Assembly (NCBI GenBank): GCA_043822625.1
Contig: JBDRBQ010000111.1
Coordinates: 1 to 62,771, forward strand
Direction: 5' to 3'
Source: Candidatus Omnitrophota bacterium
GTDB lineage: Bacteria > Omnitrophota > Gorgyraeia > DAOVKU01
DNA: 62,771 bases
The translations under genes and the position numbers were made by a program. The notes beneath the pieces were generated by a model that was not told where the DNA came from, ran no database searches, and saw only the letters and a list, made by a program, of their open reading frames with translations. Positions within the stretch are counted from its first letter, which is position 1; each line of letters opens with the position of its first letter. Below are positions 41,380 to 50,385 of this stretch, piece after piece.

Positions 41380-41930
41380 ATAAGGTTATATTTTTAGACA
41401 GAGACGGGGTAATTAATCGTGACCCGGGTGAAAAAATATATGTGACTTCGATAAAAGATTTTAAATTTATCCCGGGTGTTATAAAGGCCGTGCGCGGGTT
41501 ATCCTTTGCCGGCTATAAAATTTTTATTATTTCCAATCAGCAGGGGGTCGCTAAGAATATTTTAAGCGAAGCAACACTTAATGAAATTACGAAACAGATG
41601 CGGCAAAACTTTGAAAAGGAAGGCGCTGAAATAGCAGGTATTTATTATTGCACTCATTTAAAAGAAGAGTCCTGCGGCTGTCGTAAGCCGAAACCGGGTT
41701 TGATAAAAAAAGCCGTCAAAGGACTTAAAGTTGATTTAAAAGATAGTTTTTTTATCGGCGATACCGAGAGCGATATCAAAACGGGCAAGGCGGCGGGATG
41801 TAAAACTATTCTGGTGCTTTCGGGAAAAACTAAAAATCGAAATGTAGAGTGTTGGCAGGCAAAGCCGGATTATATTGTTAACGATTTAAAAGAAGCGGCG
41901 GATTTTATATTAAACCGGAGTTTGCGTTAG
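41376..41930 (+). CDS. gmhB: D,D-heptose 1,7-bisphosphate phosphatase (HAD-IIIA)
   Basis: 184 aa. FLDRDGVIN, CGCRKPKPG and FIGDTESDIKTGKAAG. Confidence 0.8.
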   Translation: MNKVIFLDRDGVINRDPGEKIYVTSIKDFKFIPGVIKAVRGLSFAGYKIFIISNQQGVAKNILSEATLNEITKQMRQNFEKEGAEIAGIYYCTHLKEESCGCRKPKPGLIKKAVKGLKVDLKDSFFIGDTESDIKTGKAAGCKTILVLSGKTKNRNVECWQAKPDYIVNDLKEAADFILNRSLR

Positions 41931-41973
41931 AGTACAATTTGAAAAACGCGAACTGCTATTAAAGAGGCGAAAA

Positions 41974-43110
41974 TTGAAAATATTCATAATTTACGCCAGT
42001 GCCGGGGCGGGACATAAGAAAGCGGGAGAAGCTCTTTTCGAAGCCGCGAAAACGACGGCGAAAGAGTGTGACGTCGAATTATTCGATGCCCTCGATTATA
42101 CCAATCCTTTTTTTAAATGGTTTTATGGCGCGAGTTATTTGTTTGCCATAAATTATCTTTCTTTTATCTGGGGTTTCTTTTACTACTCACTTGATTGTAA
42201 GCCGGTTTACGCTTTAGCACGTCCTTTGCGGAGTCTGTTGAATTTTCTGAACAGCAAAAGGTTAAGAGATAAATTTATAAATGAAAAACCGGACGTTATT
42301 ATATCCGTTCATTTTTTTGCTTCGCAGGTCGCGGCAAGTTTAATTAGAAAAGGGGTTTTAAAAACTAAGCTTATTACCGTTTTAACGGATTTTAGACCTC
42401 ATTATGTATGGATTAACCGTGAAACGCATTTTTATACCACGGCTCTTGATTCGGCAAAAGAGGAGCTTAGCCGGCGCGGAGTACCCGAAGAAAAGGTAAA
42501 AGTTTACGGCATTCCCGTAAGTCCTTTATTTTCGCGACAAGAAGAAAAAAATACCTTGAGAAAAAAGTTGGGCTTTGGAGAGAAGAATTTTGTAGTTTTG
42601 ACTGCCAGCGGAGGATTTGGCGTGGGGCCGATTGAAAAAATGCTTGAGCGGTTGGATAAGTCTTCCTTAAATGTCGAGATGGCGGTAGTTTGCGGCAAGA
42701 ATCAGGCTCTTTTCGAAAAGCTAAAAAAAGCCGAGTTTAATAAAAAAATCAGCATTTTCGGTTTTGTCGACAATATGCATGAGTTGATGAAAGCCAGCGA
42801 TCTTATCGTTACCAAAGCTGGAGGATTGTCCGTTAGTGAATCATTGGCCTGTAATTTGCCTCTGGTTATCGTGCGGCCGGTGCCGGGGCAGGAAGGGCGA
42901 AATTGCCGTATTTTGGTTCAGAATAAACTTGCCGTGAAACTCACGCGCTTAAAAGATTTAGAAAACATAATTTTTAAATTTATACGGGATAAAGAGAATA
43001 ATATACAGGCTGAAAATATCAAAGCTATTGCCCGTCCGCGCGCGGCATTCGATATAATGGAATTCGCGATGCTCTATGCTCCATGCGCTATGCGCTCAAG
43101 GATAATTTGA
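41974..43110 (+). CDS. MGDG-synthase-family (GT28, UgtP-like) glycosyltransferase
   Basis: 378 aa with a TTG start. The N-terminal SAGAGHKKAGEAL and the C-terminal GT-B half (TKAGGLSVSESLACNLPLV...PGQE). The last ~10 codons are built from a repeat element. Confidence 0.75.
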   Translation: MKIFIIYASAGAGHKKAGEALFEAAKTTAKECDVELFDALDYTNPFFKWFYGASYLFAINYLSFIWGFFYYSLDCKPVYALARPLRSLLNFLNSKRLRDKFINEKPDVIISVHFFASQVAASLIRKGVLKTKLITVLTDFRPHYVWINRETHFYTTALDSAKEELSRRGVPEEKVKVYGIPVSPLFSRQEEKNTLRKKLGFGEKNFVVLTASGGFGVGPIEKMLERLDKSSLNVEMAVVCGKNQALFEKLKKAEFNKKISIFGFVDNMHELMKASDLIVTKAGGLSVSESLACNLPLVIVRPVPGQEGRNCRILVQNKLAVKLTRLKDLENIIFKFIRDKENNIQAENIKAIARPRAAFDIMEFAMLYAPCAMRSRII

Positions 43111-43111
43111 A

Positions 43112-43801
43112 ATGACAAAATTGAAAGAAATAGTTTTTTCCATAGAAAGTTTTTTGGAACAGCAGTCTAATTACGGTATAGATGAATATTTTTCCCCAGC
43201 TGAAAAAAAAGTTATGCCGAAAAAAGAGTTTTTCCGCGAGCTTGAAGAAAAAGTTAAACAATGCAAACTATGCGGTTTGTATAAGGAGGCCACTAACGCG
43301 GTTTTTGGAGAAGGGAATACGCGCGCCAGATTAATGTTTGTAGGTGAGGGGCCGGGGAGAGACGAAGATTTGCAGGGCAGGCCGTTTGTGGGGAGGGCTG
43401 GAAATCTGCTTGCGAAAATTATCGAAGCCATGGGATATACAAGAGAAGATGTTTACATAGCCAACGTTGTTAAACACAGGCCGCCGCAAAATAGAAATCC
43501 ACAGCCTGAGGAAATTCGCGCCTGTTTACCGTATCTTTTATTCCAGATTGAATTTATTAAACCGGCAGTCATTTGCGCTTTAGGTAAATGGGCGACGGAA
43601 ACTTTGCTTGGAGAAGAAAAAATTTCCATTTCTCAAGTAAGAGGTAAATTTCAGTCGTTCAATCTTGTTAAGACGGAATTCCCCATCAAAATTATGCCTA
43701 CCTATCATCCCGCCTATCTATTGAGAAATCCGAGCGCGAAAAAAGAAGTCTGGGCAGATATCAAAGAAATTATGCAATATCTGAAAGAATATGAAAAATA
43801 A
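43112..43801 (+). CDS. Uracil-DNA glycosylase, family 4
   Basis: 229 aa. CKLC.L, GEGN...LMFVGEGPG..ED..G.PFVG.AG.LL and HPAYLLRNP. Confidence 0.88.
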   Translation: MTKLKEIVFSIESFLEQQSNYGIDEYFSPAEKKVMPKKEFFRELEEKVKQCKLCGLYKEATNAVFGEGNTRARLMFVGEGPGRDEDLQGRPFVGRAGNLLAKIIEAMGYTREDVYIANVVKHRPPQNRNPQPEEIRACLPYLLFQIEFIKPAVICALGKWATETLLGEEKISISQVRGKFQSFNLVKTEFPIKIMPTYHPAYLLRNPSAKKEVWADIKEIMQYLKEYEK

Positions 43802-45758
43802 ATTTGTCGATGTGGTATTGCCGCTACCCGTAGAAAAGAACTTTTCTTATCTTATCCCGCGCGAAATAAGCGCCGATTTAAAAAAAGGTCTCAGGGTGAA
43901 AGTTCCTTTTGGAAAAAGGGAAATGATCGGAATTGTCATAAACGCCGGACAAGATTCTCAAATATCTTCTTTAAAGTCGATCACGAAAGTTATTGACGAT
44001 AATCCCCTTATAAGTGAAAAAATGTTTCGGCTGGCCGAAAAAATTTCTTTTGATTGCGCGGGAAGTCTTGGTGAAGTATTGAAAAACTTTTTTCCTATCG
44101 GGGTCAATAAACATACAGCAGTGGATATAAAAGACGATAAGAATAAAGAAATTTCACGTGAAGAGTTGAGTGTCGTGCCGGAGGTTTTCGCCCAAATAAG
44201 CGGGGAGATACGCGAAAAAATCGAGCTGGATAAATTTTCTTTAAACGCGGTTTGCGGTTTATCTTTTAAAGAACGAAGCACTGTATATCTTGAGATAATA
44301 AAAACAGTTTTAGAGAACGGTAAATCCTGTCTTTTGCTTGTGCCGGATATCGGTTCTATAGAGCCGCTCGAAGATTTTTTTAGGCGCTGGTTAAAGGAAG
44401 AAAAGATTTTTTCTTTTCACAGCCGCCTTAAAAATAAAGAAAAAAACGCGCGCTGGTTTTTGGCCGGGGAAGAAAAAGTTTTGGTTATCGGAACGCCGCA
44501 CTCGGTGTTTCTCCCGTTTAGGGATTTAGGGCTGGTGATTATAGAAGAAGAAATAGAAAGTTCTTATAAACAGCGAAATTCTCCCTATTTGAACCTGAAA
44601 GATACTGCTGTTAAAAGGGCGGAGATTGAAAATTGCCCTGTTATTTTAGCGGGCGCGTTTCTTTCCGCGGAGAATTTTTATAAAATTCAAAAAAGCAAAA
44701 AGACACGGTATTTCGATTTAAAATCTTTCAGGGATAAAACAGAAACACAGGTAGTGGATTTAAACCGTGTTTTTCCAAAAACCGCTTTTTTTTCTAAGGC
44801 GCTTGAACTGAAAATTTCGAATTGCCTGAAAGAGAATAAAAAAGTTTTCATTTTTATGAACAGAAAAGGTTTCGCGACGTATCTTTATTGTCCGCAATGC
44901 GGTTATGTGAATAAGTGTCCAAACTGCCGGCTGCCTTTAGTATATTATTACGCGCGGAAAAAATTAGTCTGCAACTCTTGTTTTTACGAGGAATCCGTTT
45001 CTAATCTTTGTCCGCAGTGCCGGAAAAATTATTTTAAATTCAGCGGCGCAGGCATAGAGAAGATAGAAAGTGAGACGGCGAGAATTTTTCCGCGGGCGCG
45101 AATTCAAATTTTGTCAGCGGATGAGGAGGATGACGGCCATTTCGAACATATAATTAAAAAATATGATAGGGGGGAGATTGATATATTGATAGCGACGCAG
45201 GTTTTAGCTAAGCGCCCGCATCGGGCTAAAGCGGAACTTGTGATTTTGGCGTTCGCGGACACAGCTTTTAACGCGCCTGATTTCAGAGCTGGTGAGAAAC
45301 TTTTTGATTTGATTTCGCGGATGAAAAATCTCGTAAAGCCCGGCGGCTTTTTTGTTGTTCAGACTCTCTCCCCCGATACCGTGGCTGTTAAATCCGCTTT
45401 GACTGAGGACACGGATGCTTTTTATAAGGAAGAACTTGAAAACAGAAAACAGCTTAACCTGCCGCCTTTTGCTAAACTTGTTCAGATAAGAATATCTTCG
45501 CTTAATGAGGATACGGCTCTGAAAGGAGCTAAAAATATAGAAGAATTTTTAAAGAAAGAAAACGCGCGGGGGATAGAGATAACACGCGCGGCACCTTCCT
45601 TTTATTCCAAGCTGAAGGGTAGATACCGCTATAATATAGTTATGTCCGGTAAAGATGAAAAGGAACTTCTCGTTTTAACGCGTAAGGCAAAAAAGGATTT
45701 CAGGAAAAGCGGCAATTTAAGGATTACTTTCGATGTTGACCCTCAGGAATTATTGTGA
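43791..45758 (+). CDS. priA: Primosomal protein N' (PriA) homologue with apparently degenerate helicase motifs
   Basis: 655 aa. PriA-like N-terminus (VDVVLPLPVEKNFSYLIP), conserved spacing, and the Cys-rich Zn region CPQCG...CPNC...CNSC...CPQC. The Walker A, DExH and Arg-finger positions are substituted (see findings). Confidence 0.7.
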   Translation: MKNKFVDVVLPLPVEKNFSYLIPREISADLKKGLRVKVPFGKREMIGIVINAGQDSQISSLKSITKVIDDNPLISEKMFRLAEKISFDCAGSLGEVLKNFFPIGVNKHTAVDIKDDKNKEISREELSVVPEVFAQISGEIREKIELDKFSLNAVCGLSFKERSTVYLEIIKTVLENGKSCLLLVPDIGSIEPLEDFFRRWLKEEKIFSFHSRLKNKEKNARWFLAGEEKVLVIGTPHSVFLPFRDLGLVIIEEEIESSYKQRNSPYLNLKDTAVKRAEIENCPVILAGAFLSAENFYKIQKSKKTRYFDLKSFRDKTETQVVDLNRVFPKTAFFSKALELKISNCLKENKKVFIFMNRKGFATYLYCPQCGYVNKCPNCRLPLVYYYARKKLVCNSCFYEESVSNLCPQCRKNYFKFSGAGIEKIESETARIFPRARIQILSADEEDDGHFEHIIKKYDRGEIDILIATQVLAKRPHRAKAELVILAFADTAFNAPDFRAGEKLFDLISRMKNLVKPGGFFVVQTLSPDTVAVKSALTEDTDAFYKEELENRKQLNLPPFAKLVQIRISSLNEDTALKGAKNIEEFLKKENARGIEITRAAPSFYSKLKGRYRYNIVMSGKDEKELLVLTRKAKKDFRKSGNLRITFDVDPQELL

Positions 45759-47129
45759 TTTCTTTTTGTATGCGGCCTCGATTTTTTTAGCTACGTCTTT
45801 ATAAGTTATGTCTGATTCGTAAATTTTTTTGTATTCTTCCACGGCGGATTCGGCATTTCCCATTTCTTCATAAGTTTGAGCGAGATTATAAATTATTTCT
45901 TTTTCGAGGTCTGTTTGTTTCTGACTTTGCGCGAGTGTGGAGAGGGCTTTTTTGAATTGAGTCAGTGCCAAGTCGAGTATGCCCTTGTTTTTAAAAGCAA
46001 TGCCTAATAAATTTAAGGCCGTGGTTCTTTTGCCGGGGTCATTGACGGCGGATTGCAAATGACTTATAGCTTCATCCGTTTTAGATGTTTCCAGTAACAT
46101 TTTGCCATATTCATAACGCAGGCTAAGATCGTTCGGAAACTGAAATACTCTTTTCCCCAGACTTTCAAGCTGTAATTCCTGTTTTTGATTTTGTAGCCGC
46201 GCTTTTTTTTCTGTGTCTTGCGTGTTGAGCTTTTCCAGTTGATTATCCGTTATTTTAAGTTTTAAGTTAAGGATATCCTCTTCGGCTTTGGTATCTCCGG
46301 AGAAAGCGTTTTTTAATTTTTGATAAGTTTCAAGCGCTTCTTCCAATTGCCCGGTTTTTATTTGAAGACCGGCCAATTTTCTTAGTAGAGACGCTGTTTC
46401 TCCTTCTCGTTGGACCTGTTTTTTAGTTTCTTCGATAAGGAAGTTAGCGTCCGTTTCATTTACTACCGTGCGTTCTTCTTTTTCAAGGCGTTCAGACTCT
46501 GTTTTATCTAAAATTTTATCTCTGAAGCTTGTTTCTTTGTTCCAGCCGCCGCGCTGTATAGTTCCTAAAGCCGCGAGATTTTTTAAACCGCGCGCGGCAT
46601 CCATATCATCTGGTTTAGACTGTAAAACTTTTTCAAAACAATCCTGTGCCGCTGAGTGATTTTCTGTTTTTAAATATAGGCGGCCTAATTTTGAAAGAGA
46701 TTCTGTGTTATCTGGATTTATGTCTCTGATTTCTTCGAGAGTTTCTATGGCGGTTTCCAGCAAGTTTAAATTTTCAAAGCAATTAGCCAGCCCCTGCAGG
46801 GCTTTTTCGTTGTTAGGGTTGTGTTTCAGGGCTTTTTCGTATTGTTTGATTGCTTCTTCGGTTTGTCCTTTATGTTCGAGTGCGCGGGCTTTCGCGGTGA
46901 TTACCGACGAGGATGATTTTTGAATAGTGAAAGAAATCGCTGAGGGAGGGGATTGTTTTAATTTGGCTCTTCCGGAGTTTCTTAAATAATAACGCGCTTT
47001 TAAATGTTCTGGATTATAATTCAGAACCTGCTCGAATAATTGTACGGCATAATCATAATTACCCCGTTCGAATGATTCAAGCCCTTTTTGATAAAGGTTT
47101 TTTAGGTGTTCATTTTCCGGCGTAGACAT
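45750..47129 (-). CDS. TPR-repeat protein with a central coiled-coil segment
   Basis: 459 aa. TPR units at both ends. No signal peptide is evident. Its 3' end overlaps the convergent priA end by 9 nt. Confidence 0.8.
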   Translation of the reverse strand: MSTPENEHLKNLYQKGLESFERGNYDYAVQLFEQVLNYNPEHLKARYYLRNSGRAKLKQSPPSAISFTIQKSSSSVITAKARALEHKGQTEEAIKQYEKALKHNPNNEKALQGLANCFENLNLLETAIETLEEIRDINPDNTESLSKLGRLYLKTENHSAAQDCFEKVLQSKPDDMDAARGLKNLAALGTIQRGGWNKETSFRDKILDKTESERLEKEERTVVNETDANFLIEETKKQVQREGETASLLRKLAGLQIKTGQLEEALETYQKLKNAFSGDTKAEEDILNLKLKITDNQLEKLNTQDTEKKARLQNQKQELQLESLGKRVFQFPNDLSLRYEYGKMLLETSKTDEAISHLQSAVNDPGKRTTALNLLGIAFKNKGILDLALTQFKKALSTLAQSQKQTDLEKEIIYNLAQTYEEMGNAESAVEEYKKIYESDITYKDVAKKIEAAYKKKSQ

Positions 47130-47299
47130 TAATTATCTCCTTAATAGTAATGAGCTTTTTTAATTATAACCTATCAAAATTGCGATTGTCAAATGGTTTA
47201 TCTTTTGGCGCGGTAAAAATTTCTTTCTTAGCGGAGGATATTTTAGTATAATCTAATGTAAATTAATTGATATGGATCGCTTAGCGTCAAACGCGAAGG

Positions 47300-47371
47300 G
47301 CATAGAGCATAGCGCATAGAGAAAAGCAAAATCATTTAATTGTTATACCCCTTGCGCTATGCGCCATAAGG
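47300..47371. repeat. GCGCTATGC / GCATAGCGC repeat family, inverted pair
   Basis: GCATAGAGCATAGCGCATAGAG (47300-47321) faces CTTGCGCTATGCGCC (47351-47365). Related sequence occurs at 43069-43097. Confidence 0.5.
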
Positions 47372-47382
47372 TTGTCAAAAAC

Positions 47383-48354
47383 ATGTTAAATTATATCATT
47401 CGCAGGTTATTTTTTATTATCCCTATGATGCTCGGTATTTCGCTTTTGACTTTGGTTATCATGCATCTTGCTCCCGGCGACCCGGCAAGTATTCGCTATG
47501 GATTAAATCCTGAAGTTTCGGATACCGCCCGCGCGCGCCTTCAGCAAATATACGGTCTTGATAAACCTGTGCTGGTTCAATATTTCAATTGGGTTAAACG
47601 TGTTATTACTTTAGATTTCGGCCGTTCTTTTATTGATGACAGGCCGGTAATCGCCAAAATTTCAGAACGCCTGCCCGCGACGCTACTGCTTAATATCTGC
47701 GCTTTATTTGTAATTTTTACTCTTGCCATTCCTATCGGAGTCACGTGTGCTTTAAAACAAAATTCTTTATATGATAAAATTATGACTTTGCTTGTTTTTG
47801 TCGGTTATGCTGTACCCGGTTTTTGGTTTGCTTTGATATTGATGGTTATTTTTGGTTTTAAACTCGGATGGCTGCCTGTATCGGGAATGAGTCCGTGGTA
47901 CGCGCAATATCTTTCTCCTTTTGATAAATGCGTTGATTTGGCAAGGCATTTGATTTTGCCGGTGGCAGCGACGGCTTTTGGAGGATTGGCGGGATTATCA
48001 AGGTACGCGCGTTCAAGTATGCTTGAAGTCATACGGCAGGATTATATCCGTACTGCCAAAGCTAAAGGGTTGCCTGATAAAGAAATTGTGTGGCGGCACG
48101 CTTTTAGAAACGCTCTTTTGCCGATAATTACGATTATAGGTTTTACGATACCGGGGTTGATAAGCGGAAGTTTTATTATGGAAACTATTTTCGCGTGGCC
48201 GGGTATGGGAAGGCTTACTTATGAAGCTATCATGAATTATGATTATCCGGTGGTTATGGGAGGGGCGGTTATTTCCATATTCCTGACTCTGTTAGGCATT
48301 TTGATTTCGGATATCTTATATGTTGTAGCGGATCCGAGAATCAGGTATAAATAG
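47383..48354 (+). CDS. ABC transporter permease (Opp/Dpp type, OppB-like)
   Basis: Start taken at ATG 47383 (MLNYIIRRL). Typical N-terminus, the EAA-like loop (YIRTAKAKGL), and 6 TM segments. Confidence 0.88.
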   Translation: MLNYIIRRLFFIIPMMLGISLLTLVIMHLAPGDPASIRYGLNPEVSDTARARLQQIYGLDKPVLVQYFNWVKRVITLDFGRSFIDDRPVIAKISERLPATLLLNICALFVIFTLAIPIGVTCALKQNSLYDKIMTLLVFVGYAVPGFWFALILMVIFGFKLGWLPVSGMSPWYAQYLSPFDKCVDLARHLILPVAATAFGGLAGLSRYARSSMLEVIRQDYIRTAKAKGLPDKEIVWRHAFRNALLPIITIIGFTIPGLISGSFIMETIFAWPGMGRLTYEAIMNYDYPVVMGGAVISIFLTLLGILISDILYVVADPRIRYK

Positions 48355-48447
48355 TTCGGAGCTCGGTGTTTAAAATTAGGAGACTATAAATAAATATGTG
48401 TTTTATTGGTTACTGTCTATGAACTCCGAACTAATGCAAGGTGTTTT

Positions 48448-49275
48448 ATGTTTAAAAAAATAATTAAAAAAAAGACTTTGTTATTTGGTAGCGCGGTAAT
48501 TCTTTTTATGTTTGCCACGGCCATTTTCGCGCCTTTTATTGCCGGGCATGACCCTTATCGTACTTCTTTAACTGAAGACGATATGCTCCAACCGCCTTCC
48601 TTAAAGCATTTTATGGGTACCGATGATTTAGGGCGGGATATTTTCAGCCGTATGGTATATGGCGCCAGAATTTCTTTAAGCGTGGGTTTTGTCGCGGTAG
48701 CTATTTCTTTGCTTGTAGGAGTTGTTTTAGGAGCTATTTCTGGATTTTATGGAGGGAAAGTGGATTTTGTTATTATGCGTTTTGTGGAAATAATGATGTG
48801 CCTGCCGAGAATATATTTTATTTTGATGATTATTACTTTTCTTGGGCCTAATATAACCAATGTTATGATTGTTATCGGACTTACCAGCTGGGCCGGTTTA
48901 GCGAGAATGGTGAGGGCTGAATTTTTGACGCAAAAAGAAAGAGATTACGTTTTGGCCGCGCGCGCCTGCGGCAGTTCGAATTTAAAAATTATTTTTAGGC
49001 ACATTTTACCTAATGCCTCCGCGCCTATTTTCGTAAGCGCGGCTTTAGGTGTCGGCGGAGCTATATTGATAGAATCGGCTTTGAGTTTTCTTGGGTTGGG
49101 AGTGCAGGCGCCGGTGCCGAGTTGGGGAAATATTTTGAGTGTGGGACGCCATTATATTGATTACGCCTGGTGGCTTACGCTTTTTCCTGGACTGGCTATT
49201 TTATTGACGGTGTTAAGTTTTAATTTAGTCGGCGAAAGATTGAGAGATATTTTAGACCCGCGTTTAAAGGTGTAA
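48448..49275 (+). CDS. ABC transporter permease (Opp/Dpp type, OppC-like)
   Basis: Start taken at ATG 48448 (MFKKII). HFMGTDDLGRDIFSR and the EAA-like DYVLAARACG. Confidence 0.88.
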   Translation: MFKKIIKKKTLLFGSAVILFMFATAIFAPFIAGHDPYRTSLTEDDMLQPPSLKHFMGTDDLGRDIFSRMVYGARISLSVGFVAVAISLLVGVVLGAISGFYGGKVDFVIMRFVEIMMCLPRIYFILMIITFLGPNITNVMIVIGLTSWAGLARMVRAEFLTQKERDYVLAARACGSSNLKIIFRHILPNASAPIFVSAALGVGGAILIESALSFLGLGVQAPVPSWGNILSVGRHYIDYAWWLTLFPGLAILLTVLSFNLVGERLRDILDPRLKV

Positions 49276-49322
49276 TTAGGGCAAAAAGGGGCCAGGCCCC
49301 TTTTGTTATTAAGGTGTAATTA
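49267..49322. repeat. Hairpin insertion flanked by a 12-bp direct repeat (AAGGTGTAATTA) at the oppC/oppD junction
   Basis: The 12-mer at 49267-49278 (containing the oppC stop) recurs at 49311-49322 (ending in the A of the oppD ATG). Between the copies lies the hairpin AAAAGGGGCcagGCCCCTTTT. Confidence 0.6.
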
Positions 49323-50299
49323 TGAATAATATTATCTCGGTAAAAAATTTAAAAGTAGAATTCGAGACTTCGGGAGGAACGCTTAAAGCGGTGAGAGGAG
49401 TCGATTTTAAAATTTCTCCTAAGACGACTTTGGGCTTGGTCGGTGAATCCGGCTGCGGCAAGACAGTTACCTGTCTGGCTGTTTTAAAATTGATTGAACC
49501 GCCCGGGAATATAACCGGCGGAGAAATTATTTTTGAAGGCAGGGATTTGTTGAAAATGGATGAAGAAAAATTGCGCCGTGTGCGCGGGGCAGAAATCTCT
49601 TTTGTTTTCCAGGAACCTATGACTTCTTTAAATCCTGTGTTGACCGTCGGAGAGCAGATTATCGAAACTATTTTGACTCACCGTAAGATGAAAAAAAAAG
49701 AGGCGGTTGATTTAGCGGTGAGCCTGCTTGAAAAAGTAAAAATGCCTTTCGCGCGAAAAATAATTTATCAATATCCGCACCAGCTTTCAGGCGGTATGTG
49801 CCAGCGCGTGATGATTGCTCAGGCGCTTAGCTGTAATCCCAAACTGCTTATTGCCGACGAGCCGACCACCGCTCTCGATGTTACCGTTCAGGCGAGGATA
49901 CTTAAACTTTTGCGGGATTTAAAAGAAGAATTCGATATGTCTGTTTTGATAGTTACTCATGATTTCGGTATTGTTGCCGGAATGGCGGATTTTGTGGCGG
50001 TGATGTACGCGGGTCAAATCGTCGAATACGCGCCGACAGAGAAAATTTTTAGAAAGGCCAAACATCCATATACGGCCGGCTTGTTAAATGCCCTGCCTCA
50101 GGTCGCGAAGAAGCGGCGTTACGTGCGTCTTAAAGAAATTGCCGGCAGTTTGCCGGATTTGACGAAACCGATAAAGGGATGTGTTTTTTATCCGCGTTGT
50201 TACGCGCGGGAAAACAGCTGTCTTGAGGCGGAAAGTGTTTTGAGGCAAGTGGAAGACGGACATTGGGTTAGATGTTTTAAAACAGTAAATGGTGGATAG
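49322..50299 (+). CDS. ABC transporter ATP-binding protein (OppD/DppD-like)
   Basis: 325 aa. Walker A GESGCGKT, signature LSGGMCQR, Walker [13 protein letters not shown], and the oligopeptide C-terminal domain. Confidence 0.9.
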   Translation: MNNIISVKNLKVEFETSGGTLKAVRGVDFKISPKTTLGLVGESGCGKTVTCLAVLKLIEPPGNITGGEIIFEGRDLLKMDEEKLRRVRGAEISFVFQEPMTSLNPVLTVGEQIIETILTHRKMKKKEAVDLAVSLLEKVKMPFARKIIYQYPHQLSGGMCQRVMIAQALSCNPKLLIADEPTTALDVTVQARILKLLRDLKEEFDMSVLIVTHDFGIVAGMADFVAVMYAGQIVEYAPTEKIFRKAKHPYTAGLLNALPQVAKKRRYVRLKEIAGSLPDLTKPIKGCVFYPRCYARENSCLEAESVLRQVEDGHWVRCFKTVNGG

Positions 50300-50347
50300 T
50301 GGATAATGTGGATAATGGGGTCGATAATGGGGTCACACCTATTTAAA

Positions 50348-50376
50348 TTGACAAGATAAAAATAGGAGGATATAAT
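50348..50376 (+). promoter_or_regulatory. Consensus sigma-70 promoter TTGACA-17 nt-TATAAT inside the element
   Basis: Both hexamers are perfect and the spacer is 17 nt. The -10 ends 9 nt before the transposase ATG. Confidence 0.45.
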
Positions 50377-50385
50377 ATTTAAGAA

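Noticed and set aside
50297-50334. Short tandem iterations after the oppD stop (GGATAG TGGATAATG TGGATAATGG, GATAATGGGGTC x2) and the heptamer repeats at 61588-61615, considered as a possible CRISPR or minisatellite array.
   Set aside because: The units are 7-12 nt with no spacers, far below CRISPR repeat/spacer dimensions, and no cas genes are present. I treated them as element-associated duplications or coding repeats instead.
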